The notes: generated by a model from the sequence alone, not told the origin. Numbered from the stretch's first letter, positions 1 to 9,175 are shown. The stretch is DNA of 53,256 bases from an uncultured Sangeribacter sp. (GCA_964396365.1 CAYNEZ010000001.1:1-53256); one strand, 5' to 3'. Program-made: numbers and translations.

Positions 1-525
1 CGGTCCTATGTCTTGGACAGCAGGATGCACCGGTTGATGCATTGACAGCAACGGAAGCGCTTCGCGCAAGGGTCAAGAACCAAGAGTCAAGAACTAAGTT
101 GTTGGCTTGGGGACTACTTCGGCTTCCGGCTCGGCACAATCTAATAGATATGGCCGGGGGAGGAGGCTCCGTTGGGGTGTAGCAGGCTTGTCATTGTTCT
201 CTTTCCGTGATCTCGGATGGGGATTTTTAGTCTTCAGTCTTGAGTCTTCAGTCTTCAGAGATATCTGTCAGGGATGACAGTTAGCCTTCGCTGAAGCTCA
301 GGCCGTAGACAAAAAACTGTCCATGCTGGATACGGCGCGGTGTGGGCATGTGTGAGCCTCGGTCCACCGTGAAGAAACTACCATCGATGCCGGGCGGATC
401 ATACGATTCGGTCATGTGGGGTCAAAGCGGGCCGCTTCCAGAAAGTCTGCCACAACGATAGTGGAAGCGGGTACTTTCGAGCCATATTCACTCGGCGTAA
501 TCCTCACCTGTGTGCATTAATTTTG
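1..525 (+). ncRNA. Candidate large structured non-coding RNA (unidentified; runs off left edge)
   Basis: No ORF >=60 aa on either strand. About 53% GC by hand count over 1-480, against an AT-rich flank. Many stems: 46-52/98-104, 124-131/152-159, 265-270/275-280 with a GGGA loop, 302-307/331-336, 337-342/365-370, 432-440/462-470. G>C skew and most G.U wobbles favour the + strand. Confidence 0.5.
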
Positions 526-534
526 TTTCCGTTG

Positions 535-542
535 CAAAGATA
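535..542 (-). promoter_or_regulatory. Bacteroidetes -7 promoter element (TATCTTTG) pointing into the structured region
   Basis: Perfect match to TAnnTTTG, followed by CA, on the minus strand. Confidence 0.6.
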
Positions 543-549
543 GCGCGAC

Positions 550-573
550 AGACTGCACGAAATCGTGCAGTCT
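550..573. repeat. Perfect inverted repeat AGACTGCACGA-AA-TCGTGCAGTCT (operator or terminator hairpin)
   Basis: 11-bp arms read directly from the sequence. Confidence 0.7.
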
Positions 574-575
574 AT

Positions 576-615
576 TGTTAAATGATGTTAAATTGAAGTG
601 TTAAAATATGTTAAA
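576..615. promoter_or_regulatory. Four TGTTAAA direct repeats
   Basis: Copies at 576, 586, 599 and 609, roughly helical spacing. Confidence 0.45.
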
Positions 616-691
616 TTAGTGAATTTTATAAAACTTCACTGCTTTATTTTTATAAAAGAATTGGTATATAATGAAGTTGAAAAACTTCAAT

Positions 692-720
692 GGCTCGGAT
701 TATTCCGGGCCTTTTATATT
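692..720 (+). terminator. Intrinsic terminator
   Basis: GGCTCGGA-TTAT-TCCGGGCC followed by TTTTATATTT. The G.U pair works only on the + strand. Confidence 0.6.
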
Positions 721-729
721 TGAATAATG

Positions 730-761
730 TTTGGACATAAGGAAAAAATTGATTAATTTTG
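730..761 (+). promoter_or_regulatory. Primary-sigma promoter for the GH27 gene
   Basis: TTTG (730-733), 20-nt spacer, TAATTTTG (754-761): the Bacteroidetes -33/-7 consensus. Confidence 0.7.
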
Positions 762-811
762 TTAGGAACTAAAGAATCAAGTAAGCTAAACCTAAATGTA
801 CTTACCTATAT

Positions 812-3646
812 ATGAAAAGATTTATACCAATATTTTGTTCGTCATTACTTGCGTTGCCATTGACAGCGGCTTCGTCACTTCAGAATGATTTCAGAAGTTG
901 GGCGCAAACCCCTCCGATGGGATGGAATTCATGGGATTGCTATGGTCCTACTGTAGTGGAGAGTGAAGTGAAAGCCAACGCAGATTATCTTGAAAAGCAT
1001 CTCAAAGATTTTGGATGGCAATATGTGGTTGTCGATATCCGATGGTATGTCGAAAATGACAAAGCCGGTGGCTACAACCAAACCAATCCTATCTATGACT
1101 ACGATGAATGGGGTCGTTATATTCCAGCTCCTAACCGTTTTCCGTCATCCGTCGACGGCCAAGGTTTTAAACCGCTTGCCGATTATATCCACAATCTTGG
1201 TTTAAAGTTTGGAATCCATATTATGCGTGGTATACCTAAAGCGGCGGTCAACAAAAAACTTCCCGTCAAAGGGACCGATGGCATAACAGCCGATATGATC
1301 TCCAACAACGATTCCACCTGCACGTGGCTTCGCGACAATATGAAAGTAGATTGGAAGAAACCCGGGGCGCAAGAATATTATAACTCCATCTTTGACCTGT
1401 ATGCCCAATGGGGTGTTGATTTCGTCAAGATTGACGACCTTTCACGACCTTATCATACTGCCGAGATTGAGATGATACGTAAGGCTATAGACCAGTGTGG
1501 TCGCCCGATTGTACTCAGCATATCGCCGGGAGAAACCCCGATTGAGAAAGTTGATCATGTAAAGAATCATGCCAACATGTGGCGTACTGTTGATGACTTC
1601 TGGGACAACTGGAGTCAACTAAACTATCAGTTTGGAATCTGTGCGAAATGGGCTCCACATATTTCTCCAGGAAATTGGCCAGATGCAGATATGCTTCCAC
1701 TCGGAAAGATAAGCATACGAGGAGAGAGGGGTGCTGAGCGCTATACAAACTTTACCCCTGATGAACAGAAGACTTTGATGAACCTATGGAGCATCTTTAA
1801 GAGTCCTCTGATGTTTGGCGGCGACCTTCCGCAGAATGACGATGCTACCAATGCTTTACTTACAAACCGGGATGTGCTTTATATGCACAGCCATTCGGTT
1901 GCAAACCGTCAGGTCTCCAATCTGAACAACCATATAACTTGGAGTGCCATTGATCCTCGAAATGGTGATATATTTGCAGCCTTATTTAATACAGGTGGCA
2001 ATGAGTTTCTTGCTACAAAAGATGCTTTATGGCGCAGCGGCACAATATCATATCTTACCACGGGACATGCGGTGAATACGGAAGTCGTTATTCCAGAAGG
2101 AAGTCGTCAACTGATATTGGCTGTTACCGATGGTGGAGATGGATACGATTCCGACCATGCAGATTGGATCAATCCTACAGTTACGCTTAAGGATGGCACT
2201 ACAATCGATCTGACAACTCAAAGGATACTTAAGAAAACAACCGGATGGGGAGAAGTGCATGTCAACTCTAATCTTGAGGGCGGAAAACTGAAGATCGATG
2301 GAAAGGAATATGAAAAAGGAATTTCGACTCATGCCAACTCAATTCTAATTTTTGATCTTCCAGAGGGTGCAGCATCATTTTCTGCCCTTGCCGGCATTGA
2401 CAATACCGGCAGTGATCAAGGAAGCAAATCTTCTGTTGAGTTTCTTGTCTTCAACTATGATCCGACATTCAGAGCGGAATACACAGATCAGTGGAATGGT
2501 GGGAACATACTCGTTCAAGTCGATCCGACAAAGCAGTTGGCAACCAGCGGCTATATGTGCAGGGATGGAGAAACGAAGACTGCTGAATTGCATGCCGACA
2601 TACAAGGGGCTGAAAAACTATATCTTGTAGTGACAGACGGCGGTGATAACCTTTCATATGACCATGCTGATTGGCTTAATCCGGTTTTAATAAAAGCTAA
2701 TGGAGAAGAATTATCCCTTACGGATATTGCTTGGGACCCCAATCCAGTGAATGGCTGGAATGCGCCAAAGAAAAATCGTAGCAATGACGGCAACAAGTTG
2801 AAGGTCGAAGGAGTTGAGTATGAAATGGGTTTTGGAGTAAATGCACCCTCTGTACTGACATTCACTCTACCTGCCGGCCATGATTTCGTGGAGTTCAGAT
2901 CTAATGCAGGCATTGATGAAGAGGTAGCGAGTGCACCATTTGGAGCAACCGTTGAATTCCGTGTCTTCACTGAGGATCCAGCACCAAACAACGATGCCAA
3001 CGTCATTCTTGACCTTACATCTATAGGATTGAATGCCGGGCAAGAAGCAAAGATTGTAGAAATGTGGTCGGACACAGAAGAAGGAATTTATGCTGATACA
3101 GATTTTGCTCCTTTCTTGCGTGAACATGCAAGTGGTCTATACCGTATAACTCCTCTTGGTCGTTCTGGTTCAGCATCTCTTGGTCTTACAGCTATTGAAG
3201 AGGAGACCGGAACCATAACCTTGAAAGCGAGTATTTCCGGAGGAGTGGTGGAAAACGCATATATTCAGTTTGAACGAGATGGTGAGATAATTGGAAGTCT
3301 AAAAGTCAGCGAAGATGGTGAATCATTGATGACCATTCCATCTATTGCCGGAAAGCATACTTACAAGGCCTACTACAGTGGTAATGTGGATGTCGCAAAT
3401 GCCGAATCTAATGAATTGATCATTGAATCGACAACTGTAGATTCCGTAAAAACTTATATCCCTGACACAGTTATAGCTCCAAGAAAAGGAGGTGTAAACA
3501 TACTTTGCTCTACCGCTCCCGTTCTCGATATCTATTCCCCATCCGGTGAGAAAGTAAAGACCGTGAAGATCAATACTACGCCATTGTTCGTATCTCTTGA
3601 TCCCGGACTATATATTATAGGAAATCATAAACTTATCGTCGACTAA
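812..3646 (+). CDS. GH27 alpha-galactosidase family enzyme with NPCBM/NEW2 modules and probable C-terminal secretion domain
   Basis: Signal peptide; TPPMGWNSW, WGVDFVKID and WPDADML GH27 motifs; two TDGGD...DHADW NPCBM motifs; tail ending PGLYIIGNHKLIVD resembles Bacteroidales T9SS-like tails. Confidence 0.92.
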   Translation: MKRFIPIFCSSLLALPLTAASSLQNDFRSWAQTPPMGWNSWDCYGPTVVESEVKANADYLEKHLKDFGWQYVVVDIRWYVENDKAGGYNQTNPIYDYDEWGRYIPAPNRFPSSVDGQGFKPLADYIHNLGLKFGIHIMRGIPKAAVNKKLPVKGTDGITADMISNNDSTCTWLRDNMKVDWKKPGAQEYYNSIFDLYAQWGVDFVKIDDLSRPYHTAEIEMIRKAIDQCGRPIVLSISPGETPIEKVDHVKNHANMWRTVDDFWDNWSQLNYQFGICAKWAPHISPGNWPDADMLPLGKISIRGERGAERYTNFTPDEQKTLMNLWSIFKSPLMFGGDLPQNDDATNALLTNRDVLYMHSHSVANRQVSNLNNHITWSAIDPRNGDIFAALFNTGGNEFLATKDALWRSGTISYLTTGHAVNTEVVIPEGSRQLILAVTDGGDGYDSDHADWINPTVTLKDGTTIDLTTQRILKKTTGWGEVHVNSNLEGGKLKIDGKEYEKGISTHANSILIFDLPEGAASFSALAGIDNTGSDQGSKSSVEFLVFNYDPTFRAEYTDQWNGGNILVQVDPTKQLATSGYMCRDGETKTAELHADIQGAEKLYLVVTDGGDNLSYDHADWLNPVLIKANGEELSLTDIAWDPNPVNGWNAPKKNRSNDGNKLKVEGVEYEMGFGVNAPSVLTFTLPAGHDFVEFRSNAGIDEEVASAPFGATVEFRVFTEDPAPNNDANVILDLTSIGLNAGQEAKIVEMWSDTEEGIYADTDFAPFLREHASGLYRITPLGRSGSASLGLTAIEEETGTITLKASISGGVVENAYIQFERDGEIIGSLKVSEDGESLMTIPSIAGKHTYKAYYSGNVDVANAESNELIIESTTVDSVKTYIPDTVIAPRKGGVNILCSTAPVLDIYSPSGEKVKTVKINTTPLFVSLDPGLYIIGNHKLIVD

Positions 3647-3705
3647 TCCGAATGATCGATATATACGCACGGACCAAGCGTCAGCAGTCAATCTTATAAA
3701 GAAGT

Positions 3706-3733
3706 CGGGTCGCAAGGAGCTCCTTGCGACCCG
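3706..3733. terminator. Bidirectional terminator (28-bp perfect palindrome)
   Basis: CGGGTCGCAAGGAG|CTCCTTGCGACCCG between convergent genes. Confidence 0.75.
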
Positions 3734-3774
3734 CTTCTATTTGTAGGCAAATATGCGCTATGCATTAATGAAAA

Positions 3775-6600
3775 TCAGTTTCCCAGTGGTTTTTCAATCT
3801 TTACAAAAGTAGAGAGTGGCCAATAGAAAGTCTCCGGATCATCCGGCCGGCTTGGAGAATACTTAGTGTATGGTTTCAGGTGTTTAGCAAGTTCAGGAAG
3901 TTTCTCGGCTATCCCTTCGCGCACACACTTAGCAACCTGCGTAGCTCCATATGTGTTGAAGTGAGTATTGTCAGCAAGCTCCTTGTCCTGACCTTTGAAA
4001 GTGCCTGCAGGATAATGAACGAGTGCCTTCTTGCTTCCTTCCACTCCGAGTGTCTCATAGAGTGTTGTTGTCATATCTGTAATGTCGATCACTGGCACTC
4101 CTTCGCGTTGAGCAACTTCTTTCATGGCCTTAGGATAATCACCATGAGTGTTCTTATTCTTGCCGTTTTCATCAAAGCTGCGGCGGGCGGTAGGAGTCAG
4201 GAACACAACATTCAGTCCCTGCTGACGTGCGCGGTCAACGAATATTTTTAGATTGTGTGCATAATTGTAGTATGCTCCCGAGCCCGGACCCTTGTCTTTC
4301 TCATCATTATGGCCAAACTCAACGAAAACGTAGTCACCCGGTTTAGCCATAGAGAGGACTTTTTCATATCGTTTGCTGGCAAAGAAAGATGAAGTCCGCT
4401 GTCCGCTCTCAGCCTGATTCGAGACAGCAATATTATTGTCGAAATATGCCGGAATAATTTGTCCCCAGCTTGCCCATGGCTCCTCAGCTTGATCCACAAC
4501 TGTGCTGTCTCCGCAATAGAAAAGCGTAGTTACATTGTCTGATTCTTCAACCGGACGAATAGAAATGCTTTCTATGGCAGGCGCATCGCCCGTAAATTCC
4601 AGAGTAAGCTTATCATCCCAGTTGCAGACACCTATCTCCCTTGGGTTCAGTCTGACAGTATCTTTAAGGTTGATACCAGGAGAGCGTTTATTGACAATAA
4701 ATGAGTATTCCTCAAATTTATTCTTCGGCAGAGTTACAGCATCAAGCATCAGACGCCGGTTTTCAGCCCTGACCATGGTGTGAGACTTACGCTTCTTGTC
4801 TCCGAGTTTTACTGTCACCATATAGTTGCCATCAGGAACCCGGACAGAGAAGAAATAAGGCTCAGTCCCTTTTGCATTTGGCTTTGAACCGAAATCATAT
4901 CCATATCCGTTGAATTCGTCATATGCCGGAATCGTTGCATCCATTTTGAAAGACTGAGGATATACCGGGAGAAGGTATTCCTGAAGTTTACAATCAGTTC
5001 CTCTAAGACCTTCAGCTATGCTTGCTGCATTAAGTCTGGCTCCTTTCTTAGAAGTGTGTGTATGGTCTTTCTTGAAGAATGGGGGAGTACCGGCTTCAGT
5101 AAGAGCCTGGAATTTCTTTCCGGAGATGGAATTCAGGTCGATGTAGTATGCACCGGCTTCTCTTGCTGCATCTTTCGCCCATTTACCATAGCTATCTGCA
5201 TTACTTTCGATTTTTCCGTCTTTCCATTTGTTGCGTGGGGTATGACTCAGCACGATAGGAATAGCTCCTTTCTCCTTAGCATCCATAATGAACTTACGAA
5301 TATACCATCCATAAGTGTATACTACTTGGTTGATACCGGTCTTCTCCATCTTGAACACCTTGCTTTCAGGTCCTGAACCATGAAGTTCGCCACGTGCCTT
5401 GCCAGTATTTATATCTCCTCCGTCATTATGGCCAAACTGCATGATCACGAAGTCGCCGGGTTGAAGTGCATTGTAGACTTTATCCCATCTTCCTTCATCG
5501 AGGAATGTACGGGCACTTCGACCAGCCATTGCATGGTTTTCTACAGTTATCTTTTCCGGATCGAAGAGCTCGCCGATAACGCTTCCCCAGCCCCACATAC
5601 CGTCTTCATCCTTGTCTTCATTCTTGACAGTGCTGTCCCCAATTGTGAAAAGCACCGGTTTACCGGGTTGGCGGGTTCTTCCTGTAACGGTGTCTTTAGG
5701 GAAGGGGAGAAGATAATCCTTAAGTTCCACTCCTTCGAGAGCTGCAATTCCTTCTGCTGCGGACTGGGCATTGACTTTTGCCCCAAATGCCGAGGTATGT
5801 ATGCGATCAAGGTAGAACATAGTCTTTACCTTGTCTTTACCGAACTTTTCAAATTTTGAAGCTGTAATGTCGTTGAGATCAACAAATGGAACACCTTCTG
5901 CTTCGGCTACTTGTTTCGCCCAAAGACCAAAAGTATTGTTTACACGAGTCACTTTTGTGCTGTCTTTATCGTCCCAAGCCATTCGAGGCGTGAGTGAGAA
6001 CAAAATAGGCTTTGCTCCCTTCGCTTTGACCTCACGAACGTATCTACGCATGTATTCTCCATATGAATATACGGTGTCGCGTACCCCTGTTTCCTTGATA
6101 ACGACGGGCATTACTTCGTCGCCAATGCCACGTATTGTAGCACGGGCACGCCCACTGTCAAAGGGTCCGTTGTCGTTATGCCCGAGCTCTATGATCACCC
6201 AGTCTCCCGGACGAACTCCTTCTAAAACATCTTTCCAGAGCACATTGTAGAATGTTCGGCTGCTCATACCCCCCAGGGCATGGTTTTCAACTGTAATTTT
6301 CTCTTTGTCAAAAAAGTCGGGGGCATAATATCCCCATCCCCATTGTCCGTTATCGCCGTTTCCGAGTGTTCCAGTACGCATTGTTGAGTTTCCCACCAGG
6401 AAGAGCACCGGATTGTTCCCAATTCGGGATGATCCTGATATGGGTCGTGCCGTGCGTGCTTTATTGATGCTGTCAGGGGTATTGTCTACCACCTGATTGA
6501 CATCCGGCATCGGTTGTTGCTTAATGTCCTGCACTGCTCCCACCGCCAGCGCAGCGCAGGCAAGTCCCGCTACCGAGAATAGTTGCTTGATTGGTTTCAT
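3775..6600 (-). CDS. Rhamnogalacturonan acetylesterase (CE12) with three SGNH domains
   Basis: Three sets of G(D/N)ST, GHND and DxxH motifs, with a beta-sandwich segment before the third; signal peptide. Confidence 0.9.
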   Translation of the reverse strand: MKPIKQLFSVAGLACAALAVGAVQDIKQQPMPDVNQVVDNTPDSINKARTARPISGSSRIGNNPVLFLVGNSTMRTGTLGNGDNGQWGWGYYAPDFFDKEKITVENHALGGMSSRTFYNVLWKDVLEGVRPGDWVIIELGHNDNGPFDSGRARATIRGIGDEVMPVVIKETGVRDTVYSYGEYMRRYVREVKAKGAKPILFSLTPRMAWDDKDSTKVTRVNNTFGLWAKQVAEAEGVPFVDLNDITASKFEKFGKDKVKTMFYLDRIHTSAFGAKVNAQSAAEGIAALEGVELKDYLLPFPKDTVTGRTRQPGKPVLFTIGDSTVKNEDKDEDGMWGWGSVIGELFDPEKITVENHAMAGRSARTFLDEGRWDKVYNALQPGDFVIMQFGHNDGGDINTGKARGELHGSGPESKVFKMEKTGINQVVYTYGWYIRKFIMDAKEKGAIPIVLSHTPRNKWKDGKIESNADSYGKWAKDAAREAGAYYIDLNSISGKKFQALTEAGTPPFFKKDHTHTSKKGARLNAASIAEGLRGTDCKLQEYLLPVYPQSFKMDATIPAYDEFNGYGYDFGSKPNAKGTEPYFFSVRVPDGNYMVTVKLGDKKRKSHTMVRAENRRLMLDAVTLPKNKFEEYSFIVNKRSPGINLKDTVRLNPREIGVCNWDDKLTLEFTGDAPAIESISIRPVEESDNVTTLFYCGDSTVVDQAEEPWASWGQIIPAYFDNNIAVSNQAESGQRTSSFFASKRYEKVLSMAKPGDYVFVEFGHNDEKDKGPGSGAYYNYAHNLKIFVDRARQQGLNVVFLTPTARRSFDENGKNKNTHGDYPKAMKEVAQREGVPVIDITDMTTTLYETLGVEGSKKALVHYPAGTFKGQDKELADNTHFNTYGATQVAKCVREGIAEKLPELAKHLKPYTKYSPSRPDDPETFYWPLSTFVKIEKPLGN

Positions 6601-6880
6601 TAATATTGGGTTATTAATATTGGGTTATTAGGTTGTTACGTTTGAGAAATGCAAATTTAATCATTTTTTTCCATACTGTCAACAAAATTCCCACCTCCTC
6701 CCAATGCTATGTTGAATTTTTTTTAGTAACTCGCAAAAAGATTGGAAAATGTTGTTTGTCTCACATAATTTTTATAATTTTGCATACTATGTAATAGTAT
6801 AGTTGTTGAGACTTATTTGTCTTAATAAAAAATAAGTCTGAACTACTTCATTTATTTAATCTGAGTGAAAGAATTTTTCA

Positions 6881-7363
6881 ATGAAAAATATGGAAACAAA
6901 GGATATAGCAAAAGAAATAAAAAAATGTCAGGATCATGCGATTGATCTTCGCAATCAAGGATATGGTTGTGCCCAATGTGTATTGATGGCTCTTTCGGAA
7001 AAGGTCAATTTGCAGGAAAAGCAAGCGGCTCGAATAGGGGCAGCTTTTGGATCCGGTTTTGCCGGCACCGGCGGCATATGCGGTGTGATTTCAATCCTTG
7101 GGGTGGCTGAAGGTCTTCTGTCAAAAGGATATGGACCGGAAGACAAAGCTAAAGTAATATGGAACACTAAAGCTCTTCTTGACAGGTTTTCAAAAGAAAA
7201 CGGCGACCGTACTTTCTGTTGTGATCTTAAGGGAAAAGAAGACACACGTAAATGTCCGGATCTTATAAAACAGAGCATTCAGATCTTTTTGGAAGCTCAT
7301 CCAGAAATTGCCGACCATCATATGGGCCTTCTTTCTGAAATCAAACAGGCGTTATCCAGCTGA
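6881..7363 (+). CDS. C-GCAxxG-C-C family putative redox-active protein
   Basis: GYGCAQCV, FGSGFAGTGGICG and two further Cys positions. Confidence 0.85.
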   Translation: MKNMETKDIAKEIKKCQDHAIDLRNQGYGCAQCVLMALSEKVNLQEKQAARIGAAFGSGFAGTGGICGVISILGVAEGLLSKGYGPEDKAKVIWNTKALLDRFSKENGDRTFCCDLKGKEDTRKCPDLIKQSIQIFLEAHPEIADHHMGLLSEIKQALSS

Positions 7364-7372
7364 TAAACTTAG

Positions 7373-7846
7373 TCAATCGTGGTGGTATGGTTCCCCTTTT
7401 AAGATTGTCATAGCCCGGTATATTTGCTCGGTGAAGAAGAGTCGTATCATCTCATGGCTGAATGTCATTTTTGAAAAGGAAAGTTTGGTATTGGCTCGTG
7501 CGTAAACTTCCGGCGAGAATCCGTATGGTCCTCCTATAATGAAGGCCATCCTTTTCTTGCCTCCGAGCATTCCTTTCTGTAAAAAAACAGAAAACTCACG
7601 AGAAGAAAGCATGACTCCACGCTCATCAAGGAGCACAACATTATCAGATGAGGAGAGTTCGGCAAGAATCATTTTTCCCTCCTCTTCCTTTTGTTGGATT
7701 TCAGTCAATTTCCGGCTGTTTTTTATATCCGGAAGGTGTTTTATTGAAAATGGAATATAGCGTTTCAGACGCTTGCAATATTCGTTTATCCCTGTCTGGA
7801 TATAGTCTGTTGTGGTTTTTCCTACAGTTATTAGCGTTATTTCCAT
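7373..7846 (-). CDS. rlmH: 23S rRNA (pseudouridine1915-N3)-methyltransferase
   Basis: LDERG, FIIGGPYG, EQIYRA and C-terminal PYHH SPOUT motifs. Confidence 0.97.
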   Translation of the reverse strand: MEITLITVGKTTTDYIQTGINEYCKRLKRYIPFSIKHLPDIKNSRKLTEIQQKEEEGKMILAELSSSDNVVLLDERGVMLSSREFSVFLQKGMLGGKKRMAFIIGGPYGFSPEVYARANTKLSFSKMTFSHEMIRLFFTEQIYRAMTILKGEPYHHD

Positions 7847-7856
7847 ATTTTTTTAT

Positions 7857-7881
7857 TATCTTTGTATCAAACGCAAAATTA
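7857..7881. promoter_or_regulatory. Overlapping divergent -7 elements for nadC (+) and rlmH (-)
   Basis: TATCTTTG at 7857-7864 (+) and TAATTTTG at 7881-7874 (-). Confidence 0.65.
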
Positions 7882-7898
7882 GCGAAGATTTTTGAATT

Positions 7899-8750
7899 AT
7901 GAAAACAAAAGATGAACTTATTGATGCTCTCCTTGATCTCGCTTTCGCTGAAGATATAGGTGACGGAGACCACACTACCTTATCTACGATCCCTGCAGAT
8001 GCAATGGGTCGGTCCAAGCTTTTGATTAAAGAAAAAGGAGTTTTGGCTGGTGTGGATATTGCCCAGAAGGTGCTTCACAAGGTAGATCCATCCATAAAGA
8101 TAGATGTGAAGATTCCTGATGGATCAGAAGTTAATCCAGGCGACATTGCATTTACAGCTGAAGGCCCTGTCAGAAGTCTGCTTGTAGCAGAGCGAACTAT
8201 GCTTAACATCATGCAGCGCATGAGTGGCGTCGCTACCATGACACGCAAATATCAGGATCAACTTCATGGTCTTCATACTAAGGTGCTTGATACGCGCAAG
8301 ACGACACCCGGAATGCGTATGCTTGAGAAAGAAGCTGTTAAAATTGGTGGAGGCACCAACCATCGCATCGGCCTTTTCGATATGATTCTCATCAAGGATA
8401 ATCATGAAGATTTTGCCGGAGGTATTGAGCAAGCTGTGAAGCGTGCTGAAGAATACTGCAAGGAGCATGGAAAGGAAAATCTTAAGATAGAGGTGGAATG
8501 TCGATCATTGGATGATATACGGAAAGTGCTTGAGATAGGTGGAGTCGACCGAATCATGTTTGATAATTTTACTCCAGAATTGACGCGTGAGGCAGTTGCA
8601 CTTGTTGATGGCCGGGTTGAGACTGAGTCTTCCGGTGGCATTACCTTTGATACTCTACGCGATTATGGCGAGACGGGTGTGGATTTTATTTCAGTAGGAG
8701 CGCTCACTCATAGTGTCAAAGGTCTTGATATGTCGTTCAAGGCATTTTGA
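7899..8750 (+). CDS. nadC: Quinolinate phosphoribosyltransferase (carboxylating nicotinate-nucleotide diphosphorylase)
   Basis: DTRKTTPG, HRIGLFD, KDNH, SSGGI and SVGALTHS motifs. Confidence 0.97.
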   Translation: MKTKDELIDALLDLAFAEDIGDGDHTTLSTIPADAMGRSKLLIKEKGVLAGVDIAQKVLHKVDPSIKIDVKIPDGSEVNPGDIAFTAEGPVRSLLVAERTMLNIMQRMSGVATMTRKYQDQLHGLHTKVLDTRKTTPGMRMLEKEAVKIGGGTNHRIGLFDMILIKDNHEDFAGGIEQAVKRAEEYCKEHGKENLKIEVECRSLDDIRKVLEIGGVDRIMFDNFTPELTREAVALVDGRVETESSGGITFDTLRDYGETGVDFISVGALTHSVKGLDMSFKAF

Positions 8751-8762
8751 CCCAGCATTTAT

Positions 8763-9164
8763 ATGGCTGATAAAAGATCTGATCAGAAGAGACTCGAGGC
8801 TCTTAAATGGGGAAAGCAGGCAGAGGATATTGTCTGTGAATACCTCATATCCAAAGGCTATACTGTAAGAGAACGTAACTGGAGGCCTAAGACATCAAAA
8901 AGTGAGATAGATCTTATCGCACAAAAGAATGATACTCTGATTTTTGTCGAGGTCAAGGCACGCTCTGACAGGGAAATAGATCCTACCGAAGCCATGACTC
9001 CTGAAAAGGTAAAGAACATTGTCAGAGGTGCCAACTCATATCTTCAGTCGCAGGAATTCGATTTCTATTATCGATTTGATGTGGCGTCAGTCAGTGGCAA
9101 TATTGATGACTATAGGCTCGATTACCTTGAGGATGCATTTCTGCCTCCATTGAGAAGCAGATAA
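8763..9164 (+). CDS. YraN/UPF0102 family predicted endonuclease
   Basis: ERNWR, EIDLIA, FVEVKAR and RFDV motifs. Confidence 0.93.
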   Translation: MADKRSDQKRLEALKWGKQAEDIVCEYLISKGYTVRERNWRPKTSKSEIDLIAQKNDTLIFVEVKARSDREIDPTEAMTPEKVKNIVRGANSYLQSQEFDFYYRFDVASVSGNIDDYRLDYLEDAFLPPLRSR

Positions 9165-9175
9165 GTTGAATTTGT

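Noticed and set aside
1-525. RNase P RNA, tmRNA, rRNA or group II intron identity for the structured tract
   Set aside because: No GAGGAAAGTCC or ACAGAA...GGCTTA (RNase P), no tRNA-like TTCGA...CCA end, no rRNA signature and no domain V motif on either strand.
6600-6840. 14-bp tandem duplication and short AT-rich palindromes in the intergenic region
   Set aside because: Too short and AT-rich to separate from background without comparative data.
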